Shown here: positions 56,608-64,000 of the stretch, piece after piece
How positions within the stretch are numbered: position 1 is the stretch's first letter
Layout of the letters: every line of letters starts with the position of its first letter
NCBI GenBank assembly: GCA_044440125.1
Contig: JBITAJ010000015.1
Span: 160,001-224,000, forward strand
Direction: 5' to 3'
Length of the DNA: 64,000 bases
From: Sedimentisphaeraceae bacterium JB056
Lineage (GTDB): Bacteria > Planctomycetota > Phycisphaerae > Sedimentisphaerales > Sedimentisphaeraceae
Notes under the pieces: generated by a model
Told to the model about the DNA's origin: nothing
Databases searched by the model: none
Seen by the model: the letters and a program-made list of their open reading frames with translations, nothing else
Made by a program: the position numbers and the translations under genes

Positions 56608-57468
56608 TTAAGCAAGAAGGGTCAGGTTTTTCTTTATACCGGTATTTTCCCACTTAAGGACATCGATCATGCCATTTGGTGAAATCCTGATAAAATCGGA
56701 ATTTCCCATAGACCATGCCCCGCTATTATAATAGCAGTCTTTGAAATAACCGGCTTTATGTGTATGGGCGTTGATAACGATATGCTCTTGGTCAAGGTGC
56801 TTCTTGTATCTGTTTATAGTTTTTATATTATGCTTATGTTTGAGCATTTCAACTGCAAGCTTCTGGATTGTCATTGATTCGGTTATGAATTTATTTATGC
56901 CAAGTATCATGGTTGACCATGCAGACGCGATAGAGGCCTCTGCTTCAAAAATAGCAGACCTTATATTGTCAGAGTCAAATATTTGTCTTTTGGCAAAATG
57001 CTCTACAATTATTGCAAAATGACCGAGTATTTTACCAAATGACGGTCTTATGAATTTGTTGAGAGTATCTACTTCGTGTCCGTGACAGAATATTATCTTT
57101 TTGTCTTTAATGTTCACAGAAAAGGGTTCTGAAATTTTATTGAATATCCCATACTTATCTTTAAGCGTTTTGGATACATTCAATACCGCTCTATCATGAT
57201 TGCCGGGGACGTAGACGCAATCAAGTTCAGAGAATCTCTGGATTATATCAGGATGTGTTTTGACTATTGATGAAAGGCGGAATCTCCATAGGTCAAAGAA
57301 ATCTCCAAGTATCACTAACTGGCCGTTTTCTTTCTCTATGTGGTCAACGAAGCTGAACAACTGCCTTATGCGTGCAGGTTCATTGAAGCTGTCACGTCTG
57401 CCAAAACCTAAGTGAAGATCACTTATGACGTAGAGAGGTACGTCTTGTTTTTTCAAAGAGTAGTTCAT
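56608..57468 (-). CDS. Calcineurin-like metallophosphoesterase (LpxH/PlcP-like)
   Basis: ISDLHLG, GDFFDLW, GNHD, HGH, HTH and NSGAW motifs. Confidence 0.85.
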   Translation of the reverse strand: MNYSLKKQDVPLYVISDLHLGFGRRDSFNEPARIRQLFSFVDHIEKENGQLVILGDFFDLWRFRLSSIVKTHPDIIQRFSELDCVYVPGNHDRAVLNVSKTLKDKYGIFNKISEPFSVNIKDKKIIFCHGHEVDTLNKFIRPSFGKILGHFAIIVEHFAKRQIFDSDNIRSAIFEAEASIASAWSTMILGINKFITESMTIQKLAVEMLKHKHNIKTINRYKKHLDQEHIVINAHTHKAGYFKDCYYNSGAWSMGNSDFIRISPNGMIDVLKWENTGIKKNLTLLA

Positions 57469-58595
57469 GCTATTGTCAATTCTTTTTCAAAATCAGGTTT
57501 TTGCCAGTCATAGCCTTTTATTGATACTTCAAAATTTGTAAGTTGTTCGAGAGTATCAGATAATACAGAAAAATATCGTTCATTATCCGGCATAAGAACC
57601 TGCTTTTGATTAATATAATAAGGTTCATCAAGCCAGTCAATAAAAGATTGCAAAGAAACTTCATTAAAATTGTTGACATACATCCCACCGCCTATTTTGG
57701 CCATGTGATATGCGTTTACAATTTGTTCAATTTGCATATCTATCGGTTTAATGAACATCTTCTTTCTAAAATGCAGACATTCGCTTATGAGTGAAAATCC
57801 GCCTGTAGCGATTACACCGCGGCATCTTGAGAGGTCGTAAATGAACTCTTCGGCGTTGTGTTCTTTGAATACGCAGTTTTTGTGCCCGTCTACTTTGGTA
57901 AATCCGTAGAGATGGAACTTTTGCCTTGGGAACAGCTTTGACAGCTCAAGGAATTTTTTCAGACAGGTTTCACTGGTAGCGTAGAATATAATGAAGTCAC
58001 CATCATTGCTTGGTTTGTAATCAAGGAGTTTTTCTCTTATGACAGGTCCGGTTATTTTAACCTTATCATTATGCGGTTTTGCCTCAAAGAAGTTCAGGAC
58101 TATATGTGAATTAACGCCTGTCAGATAGTTTTTGGTTACAGATTCTGATGATAATCGTGCCAAAAGGGCGGTTTTGGGCTTTTCGTAGTCGCATTTGCAC
58201 AGCAGATGTTCGTGGTCTACGCTTAGACATGGGACTTTATTCATGTATGCCCAAAATGATGTAAATGGCTCAAAATCAGTTATTACTACATCAGGAGCAA
58301 AGTCAGGATATGTCTTGGTGAAAGCTTTATGATTGATTTTTATCATTTCAGGCAAAGCTGCCAAATTAGTCAGGAATGTTTTCCCGAGTGAAACACGTGC
58401 ATTAGAGTAATGAAAGGTAAGCCCGTGTATTTTTGAGACTTGATCAGGAAAATAATTGCTCAGATATTTGTAAGACTTGTTCGATGCAGCAAACAAAACC
58501 TCGTGACCTGCTTGGTCAAGTTTTTGAGCAGTCAGGTGAGAACGGCTGCTGTGTCCAAACCCCTCACCGGCAACGCCATATAATATCTTTGCCAT
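57465..58595 (-). CDS. GT-B glycosyltransferase, MJ1255/VC2487-like
   Basis: KILYGVAGEGFGHSSR, VITDFEP, GGFSLISE and EQIVNA; ATGA overlap with the downstream gene. Confidence 0.88.
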   Translation of the reverse strand: MAKILYGVAGEGFGHSSRSHLTAQKLDQAGHEVLFAASNKSYKYLSNYFPDQVSKIHGLTFHYSNARVSLGKTFLTNLAALPEMIKINHKAFTKTYPDFAPDVVITDFEPFTSFWAYMNKVPCLSVDHEHLLCKCDYEKPKTALLARLSSESVTKNYLTGVNSHIVLNFFEAKPHNDKVKITGPVIREKLLDYKPSNDGDFIIFYATSETCLKKFLELSKLFPRQKFHLYGFTKVDGHKNCVFKEHNAEEFIYDLSRCRGVIATGGFSLISECLHFRKKMFIKPIDMQIEQIVNAYHMAKIGGGMYVNNFNEVSLQSFIDWLDEPYYINQKQVLMPDNERYFSVLSDTLEQLTNFEVSIKGYDWQKPDFEKELTIA

Positions 58596-58833
58596 TTTGT
58601 TTATCCATAATATTAATAACGCTCAATTAAACTGGATAAATCATAATCATGATATAAGAGCTTTGGATTAGCATAATATTATTCTTTGATTAGGGCGTTT
58701 AGTTATTGATTCAGTGGCTTTTTGCCAGTTAATAATTGTTCGAAAAGTCTTGCAAAAACACCGGTCTTGATTAATATATGTTTGGGTGTTAGTTTAGTAG
58801 ATATATCTTATAAGTTGTTAAGGTGAGTATTAG

Positions 58834-60120
58834 ATGATTGAAAAAATCGAAGATAGAACCGCGAAAATAGCGGTTATCGGGCTAGGTTATGTCGGTTTGC
58901 CTCTTGCGGTTGAGTTTGGAAAACACTTTGATACCATAGGCTTTGACATAAACCAGAAAAGAGTCGATGAGCTTGCAAAAGGCTACGATAGAACTCTCGA
59001 GGTTGACGAGGCCGGGCTCAAGTCCTCAACTAAACTGACTTATGACTGTACCATTGAAGGCATTAGAGAAGCTGTTATTTATGTTGTGACGGTTCCCACT
59101 CCAATAGATAGGTACAAAAAACCTGATTTAACACCTCTTGTTAAGGCAAGCGAGACAGTGGGTAAGGTGCTTGAAAAAGGCAATATTGTCATTTATGAAA
59201 GCACTGTTTATCCCGGTTGTACAGAAGAGGAATGTGTTCCTGTTCTTGAGAAGGTGAGCGGGCTTAAATTCAACTCTGATTTCTATTGTGGATACAGTCC
59301 TGAGAGAATTAATCCGGGTGATAAAGTTCACACTGTTACTCAGATCAAGAAAGTAACAAGTGGTTCCACGCCTGATATTGGCAAGGCCGTAGACGCTCTA
59401 TACAAGACGGTTATCAAGGCGGGTACGCATCTTGCATCAGGCCTGAAAGTGGCTGAGGCCGCAAAAGTTATCGAAAACTCTCAGAGGGATATAAACATTG
59501 CTTTTGTTAATGAACTAAGTAAGATTTTCAGCCTTATAGGAATTGATACTCTTGAGGTTCTCGAAGCAGCGGGTACAAAATGGAACTTTCTACCGTTCAG
59601 ACCAGGTCTTGTAGGCGGACATTGCATAGGTGTTGACCCTTATTACCTTACACACAAGGCTCAATCACTTGATTATAATCCGGAAATCATCCTTGCTGGA
59701 AGACGTATTAATGATGGCATGGGTAAGTATGTTGCTTCTGAAGTAGTCAAGCTTATGATCAAGAAGGGGCATAAAATACAAGGTTCAAAGATTCTTGTGC
59801 TTGGTATTACCTTTAAGGAAAATTGTCCGGATATACGTAACAGTCGTGTTATTGATGTTATTGAAGAGCTAAATGACTATGGATGTGATGTTTGTGTTTA
59901 CGATCCATGGGCTGATGCTGAAGAGGTAAAACATGAATATGGTATTGATTTGTGTGAGAAGCCTAATTGCGGACAGAAAGCCGAATGTGATGCTGTTGTA
60001 TTAGCGGTTGCTCATGACAAATTCAAGGAACTTGATTTCAAGAAATTTACCAAAGATAACGTCGTAATATATGATATCAAGGCTATGCTCAGCAAAGATG
60101 TTGTTGACGGCAGGCTCTGA
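58834..60120 (+). CDS. Nucleotide-sugar dehydrogenase (TviB/WbpO-like UDP-HexNAc 6-dehydrogenase)
   Basis: [42 protein letters not shown] and [10 protein letters not shown] motifs. Confidence 0.93.
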   Translation: MIEKIEDRTAKIAVIGLGYVGLPLAVEFGKHFDTIGFDINQKRVDELAKGYDRTLEVDEAGLKSSTKLTYDCTIEGIREAVIYVVTVPTPIDRYKKPDLTPLVKASETVGKVLEKGNIVIYESTVYPGCTEEECVPVLEKVSGLKFNSDFYCGYSPERINPGDKVHTVTQIKKVTSGSTPDIGKAVDALYKTVIKAGTHLASGLKVAEAAKVIENSQRDINIAFVNELSKIFSLIGIDTLEVLEAAGTKWNFLPFRPGLVGGHCIGVDPYYLTHKAQSLDYNPEIILAGRRINDGMGKYVASEVVKLMIKKGHKIQGSKILVLGITFKENCPDIRNSRVIDVIEELNDYGCDVCVYDPWADAEEVKHEYGIDLCEKPNCGQKAECDAVVLAVAHDKFKELDFKKFTKDNVVIYDIKAMLSKDVVDGRL

Positions 60121-60143
60121 TAGGGCTTTTATATTTTGATTTT

Positions 60144-60184
60144 AAAAAGGAGAGAGTAACAATTTGCTACTCTCTCCTTTTTTT
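60144..60184. terminator. Bidirectional intrinsic terminator
   Basis: AAAAAGGAGAGAGTA / TACTCTCTCCTTTTT. Confidence 0.9.
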
Positions 60185-60188
60185 AGCA

Positions 60189-60971
60189 TTATTTAACCTG
60201 TATTCTGGTTATTTTCTCACATTTCTTTGTATTTGAATCGATTGTAGAGATTATGCCTGTGATACGGCAGTCTTCATCATTTACTTCGTATGGATAGGGC
60301 AGTTGAGTTCTCATTGCCTTAACAACATTTTCAACCTTTCTGCCAAGTATTGAATAATGTGATCCTGTCATGCCGATGTCCGTTATAAATCCTGTACCTA
60401 ATGGAAGAATCTTCTCATCGGCTGTCTGTACATGTGTGTGCGTACCATAAACAAGCGAAGCCTTGCCATCAAGGTAGTACCCGAGAGCAGCCTTTTCGCT
60501 TGTAGCCTCGGCATGAACTTCAATGATTATTATGTCTGATTGAGATTTAACCTTGGATATTATATTGTCAATGCAGGAAAACGGGCAGTCTGCAGGATTC
60601 ATGAATACTCTTCCCATCAATACCACAACACCTATTACGGTTCCCTTTGAGCATTGGTAAGCCGTAAATCCTTTGCCGGAAGCTAATTGTGATATGTTTG
60701 CCGGGCGGATTATGTTGCTGTTCTGGTCGAGGGTGCTTAATATGTCACGTTTTCTGAACGCATGATCTCCGAGGGTTATGATATGGACGCCTGAATCAAT
60801 CAAGGCTCGGTAATGCTTAGGTGTAATTCCTGAGCCGGCAGCGGAATTTTCTGCATTTACTATTACACAGTCTATCCCGTGGGCTTCGACCATTGATGGT
60901 AATTTGGAAATCAGGAGGTCCCTGCCTGCTTTACCGACTACATCGCCTATACAAAGTACATTAATTTTCAT
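60189..60971 (-). CDS. ymdB: YmdB-family (TIGR00282) metallophosphoesterase
   Basis: GDVVG, NAENSAAG, HAEATSEK, GTHTHVQTAD and TDIGMTG; start reassigned to MKINVL (60971). Confidence 0.92.
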   Translation of the reverse strand: MKINVLCIGDVVGKAGRDLLISKLPSMVEAHGIDCVIVNAENSAAGSGITPKHYRALIDSGVHIITLGDHAFRKRDILSTLDQNSNIIRPANISQLASGKGFTAYQCSKGTVIGVVVLMGRVFMNPADCPFSCIDNIISKVKSQSDIIIIEVHAEATSEKAALGYYLDGKASLVYGTHTHVQTADEKILPLGTGFITDIGMTGSHYSILGRKVENVVKAMRTQLPYPYEVNDEDCRITGIISTIDSNTKKCEKITRIQVK

Positions 60972-60986
60972 TTTTGCCTTACTTAT

Positions 60987-61027
60987 AAACATAAAACCCC
61001 CGAGCAATATCAGATTGCGACGGGGGT
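60987..61027 (-). terminator. Terminator-like hairpin between rny and ymdB
   Basis: Minus strand ACCCCCG-TC-GCAAT-loop-ATTGC-T-CGGGGGT followed by TTTATGTTT. Confidence 0.65.
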
Positions 61028-61053
61028 CTTGTTATATCAAATTCAGATTCTTA

Positions 61054-62628
61054 CTATCTTGCGTATTCTACGCAGCGGACTTCACGCAGAAGCGTGACTT
61101 TGATTTCGCCAGGATAGGTCATTTCGTCCTCTATCTTCTTGGCAATATCACGTGCGATCTTTGTTGAGATACCGTCGTCAATCTTTTCAGCATCAACTAT
61201 TACTCTTATCTCACGTCCAGCCTGAATTGCGTATGTTGAAGTTACGCCCTGGAAGCTGTTGGCAATGTCTTCCAATGCCTGGAGACGTTTGATGTAGCGT
61301 TCGAGAGTTTCGCGTCTTGCACCCGGTCTTGAAGCACTGATTGCGTCAGCTGCCGCGACAAGCGGAGTATATGGGTTGTCAGGAGCAACATCCCCGTGGT
61401 GACCTTCTACTGCGTTGAGTATGATTGAAGATTCGCCAAACTTACGCAGGAAGTTTGCACCGATAGCAGGGTGGCCGCCTTCCTCTTCGTGGTCAAGTGC
61501 CTTACCGATGTCATGGAGGAATCCGGCACGGCGTGCAATCTGACCGTCAAGGCCAAGCTCTTCAGCCATAACTTGTGCAAGGAAAGCAACTTCGATGTTG
61601 TGCTGCAGGACGTTTTGTCCGTAACTTGTTCTGTATCTTAGAACACCGATCTTTGTCAGTATCTTGTTATTGAGGCCTCTTACATCTACTTCAGTAGCGG
61701 CTTCTTTACCAATCTGGAGCATTTTAGCCATAACATCCTTGTGAGTCTGCTCTACGAGATCCTCAATACGAGTAGGATGTATTCTGCCGTCCTGAATAAG
61801 CCTTTCCATAGAAAGTCTTGCAACTTCACGTCTTACAGGATCAAATCCGCTAACAACGATAACGCCTGGAGTATCATCTACAATGACATCAACTCCTGTT
61901 GCCTTTTCGAATGCACGGATGTTTCGACCTTCACGGCCAATTATTCGACCCTTCATGTCATCATTAGGTATGTCTACTGTTGAAACAGTGCCTTCGCAAC
62001 ATTGCTCTGCTGCAAAACGCTGTATAGCAGTAGTAATGATCTCACGGCTCTTTCTCTCGGCAATATCTTCTGCTTCTTCCTGTTTCTTTTTAATAACAGT
62101 ATTCATTTCATGCTCGCACTCGCCTTCAAGACGGCTAAGCAGCAGTTCCTTGGCAGCATTGACGTCCATATCTGTAATCTTGAGAAGCATTTTCTTCTGT
62201 TCAGATATGATTTCCGTAAGGCTGTTTTCACGAACTTCTATTCTTCTCTGCCTGTCACCGAGGTCTTTTTCGAGCTTGCCGAGAGTTTTTTCTTTGTTTT
62301 CAAGGAGATCTGTCTGACGCTGGTTAGCATCTTCACGACGACTAAGCCTTCTCTCCTGATCCCTTAATTCTTTTCTTATTTGATTAAACTCTTCGTTTGC
62401 TTCATCGCGTTTTTTGATAAGCTCTGAAGCAGCATCAAGTTTTGCAGATTTGACGATATTTTCGGCGTTTTTGTGTGCTTCCTCTGCCTCCGCCTCTAAT
62501 CTCTGCTTTAATGTTTTATGCTTTGCGGCAGCAATAGAATGCTGCACTATGACAGTTAAACCTGCTGCGACAACAGCACCAATAGCGATGCCTGCAGGAT
62601 TCCCCAATAAATTTGCCAATATATACAT
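61054..62628 (-). CDS. rny: Ribonuclease Y
   Basis: N-terminal TM helix, coiled coil, KH domain ([13 protein letters not shown]), HD domain (LHDIGK), [16 protein letters not shown] 62628 has an AGGTGA RBS. Confidence 0.97.
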   Translation of the reverse strand: MYILANLLGNPAGIAIGAVVAAGLTVIVQHSIAAAKHKTLKQRLEAEAEEAHKNAENIVKSAKLDAASELIKKRDEANEEFNQIRKELRDQERRLSRREDANQRQTDLLENKEKTLGKLEKDLGDRQRRIEVRENSLTEIISEQKKMLLKITDMDVNAAKELLLSRLEGECEHEMNTVIKKKQEEAEDIAERKSREIITTAIQRFAAEQCCEGTVSTVDIPNDDMKGRIIGREGRNIRAFEKATGVDVIVDDTPGVIVVSGFDPVRREVARLSMERLIQDGRIHPTRIEDLVEQTHKDVMAKMLQIGKEAATEVDVRGLNNKILTKIGVLRYRTSYGQNVLQHNIEVAFLAQVMAEELGLDGQIARRAGFLHDIGKALDHEEEGGHPAIGANFLRKFGESSIILNAVEGHHGDVAPDNPYTPLVAAADAISASRPGARRETLERYIKRLQALEDIANSFQGVTSTYAIQAGREIRVIVDAEKIDDGISTKIARDIAKKIEDEMTYPGEIKVTLLREVRCVEYAR

Positions 62629-63022
62629 TACCAGAATCACCTTTCTGTTAATCTAAGTTGTGCCGCATCTGTGATGTGAGGTAATATTGTATGATTAGAA
62701 GTTGTTTGATGATAAGGATTTGTATGAAAAACCCGGCTGTTTGCCTAGGTCGCATTCTGAGTTTTCGCAACTAAAAAGGAGGGGTCGGCCACCTTTCAGC
62801 AGCATTACTACAGCTGTATTTGCTATATCTATAATATTTTGTTTCAGAGCAATATTCATACTGTAAAACACACACTTTTAATTAAAGTACTGTTTAAGAG
62901 ATAATTAAAATCTACTACTATACTAATCAAACCTGAAAAAAACTTTCAGGTATTTACCTATTTATCACAAATGTGAAGCTATTTATATTTAACCGGCCTC
63001 GCAATTTACAAAGCCGAACTAT

Positions 63023-63057
63023 ATTATAAATATAGGAATACTAAAGTGTAAAATCAA
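63023..63057 (-). promoter_or_regulatory. Candidate sigma70 promoter about 390 nt upstream of rny
   Basis: TTGATT-17 bp-TATATT, immediately followed by TATAAT. Confidence 0.45.
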
Positions 63058-63251
63058 GGAAAATGTCATTTATTTTATATTTTTAGTAATTATAATTGAT
63101 TAAACTGGAGGGAGCCACCCGTTCATAAAATATGGTTCTTGCTTGATGAATTATTACGGCTCAAATTGAGCACATATAATTAGGATAAGACATTAATGTT
63201 TTCTTGATATGAATTGCAACTTTTTTGTGAAATGTAATAGGGCGTAGTTGG

Positions 63252-64000
63252 ATGGATCTAAAAGGTATTAAAACAAGACGTATAGCGATAACCGGCATTG
63301 CAGGAGGGGGAAAAACTGTATTCCTTACATCTTTGCTTTCGCATTTATCAGAATACGACCAAGGCAGTGAGCTAATGGGTAATGGCGTAGAGCTGGAAAG
63401 TTTTTATGAATTACCTGTGATTGATAGATTATCCAATCAGTTTCCTCTTGAACGTTATAGGCGATTACTTTCTTCTGGGGCCAACTGGCCGGATAAGACT
63501 GCCGACCATTTTAATTATTCGTGTGAATTCGAACGTTCGGATTGGCGATTCTTCAAGCAGCGTCTTGTCTTCTTTGATTTCCCTGGTGAAAGAGCTGCTG
63601 ATGCAGCGATAGCTGTATTTAAAGACTATAAAGATTGGTCAAAGCATAGTTTGGATTACTACAGCCAGCACCCGGACTATGAAGTTGCGGTAAAAGATTA
63701 TTTTTCATACATCAATAAAGATAATTTAGATGAAAAAGAATTGATTCATAATTACAAATTAATGCTTGCCAAACTCATACTTGGTTATAAACCATTGATA
63801 AGCCCTTCATGTTTTCTGCTTGACAGCAATGGCAGGAGTGCCAAGCCGGGAACTGAAGAACAGATTGCTTCTTTGCGTTATTCAGGGGTTGGCAGTGGGT
63901 TTGAGTTTGCGCCTTTGTCAGAGCAGTTGATTCGTAAACATACAGCTATAGCCTCAAGCATGAAGCGCAATTACAGCATTTACAGAAAAGAGGTTGCCTT
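63252..64000 (+). CDS. YcjX-like P-loop NTPase (runs off the 3' end of the window; absent from the ORF track)
   Basis: My translation from ATG 63252: MDLKGIKTRRIAITGIAGGGKTVFLTSLL...WPDKT...FFDFPGERAAD; open to the window end. Confidence 0.8.
   Translation, partial: MDLKGIKTRRIAITGIAGGGKTVFLTSLLSHLSEYDQGSELMGNGVELESFYELPVIDRLSNQFPLERYRRLLSSGANWPDKTADHFNYSCEFERSDWRFFKQRLVFFDFPGERAADAAIAVFKDYKDWSKHSLDYYSQHPDYEVAVKDYFSYINKDNLDEKELIHNYKLMLAKLILGYKPLISPSCFLLDSNGRSAKPGTEEQIASLRYSGVGSGFEFAPLSEQLIRKHTAIASSMKRNYSIYRKEVA

Noticed and set aside
58635..58665. dif-like Xer site
   Set aside because: Only a weak match to the XerD arm and a poor XerC arm, in AT-rich DNA.
63421..63612. 63-aa ORF listed in the track
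   Set aside because: It is out of frame inside the YcjX-like gene that starts at 63252.
1..64000. tRNA, rRNA, CRISPR arrays, prophage, integrase, transposase or reverse transcriptase
   Set aside because: None was recognisable by eye in the ORFs or intergenic regions; a covariance-model scan could still reveal small RNAs.

Overview
A 64-kb, densely coding chromosomal window of moderately AT-rich DNA from an anaerobic Gram-negative bacterium. The gene content (three PEP-CTERM proteins, a dockerin-like '...DxNxDG...WL' module, a DUF1570-type peptidase, a UroD-like protein, an enlarged SecDF) suggests Planctomycetota, possibly Phycisphaerae/Sedimentisphaerales; this is inference. About 48 protein genes are supported. 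They include comEC (5'-truncated), panB, a four-gene [FeFe]-hydrogenase module (PAS-containing sensory HydS, SpoIIE-type phosphatase, [2Fe-2S] protein, group-B-like catalytic hydrogenase), rsmE/waaA, araB, yajC-secDF, a TM-type RNase Z, fused otsAB plus GH15, pgk, a CHAD-HD-ppx-ppk1 polyphosphate cluster, a pabB-pabC fusion, rny-ymdB, and a 3'-truncated YcjX-like NTPase that the ORF track missed. I found no rRNA, tRNA, CRISPR array, transposase, integrase or reverse transcriptase. The best leads are: (1) the H2-sensing/H2-evolving module with a Rex-like operator and a hairpin that could sequester the start codon; (2) an FGE/CLec-fold gene bracketed by two copies of the same hairpin, whose C-terminus has the spacing of a DGR variable region; (3) a long structured rny leader with a possible uORF; (4) a glycosyltransferase/PlcP-like phosphoesterase/UDP-sugar dehydrogenase trio; (5) several large uncharacterised envelope proteins. 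All family calls come from recognising motifs by eye; no database searches were run.
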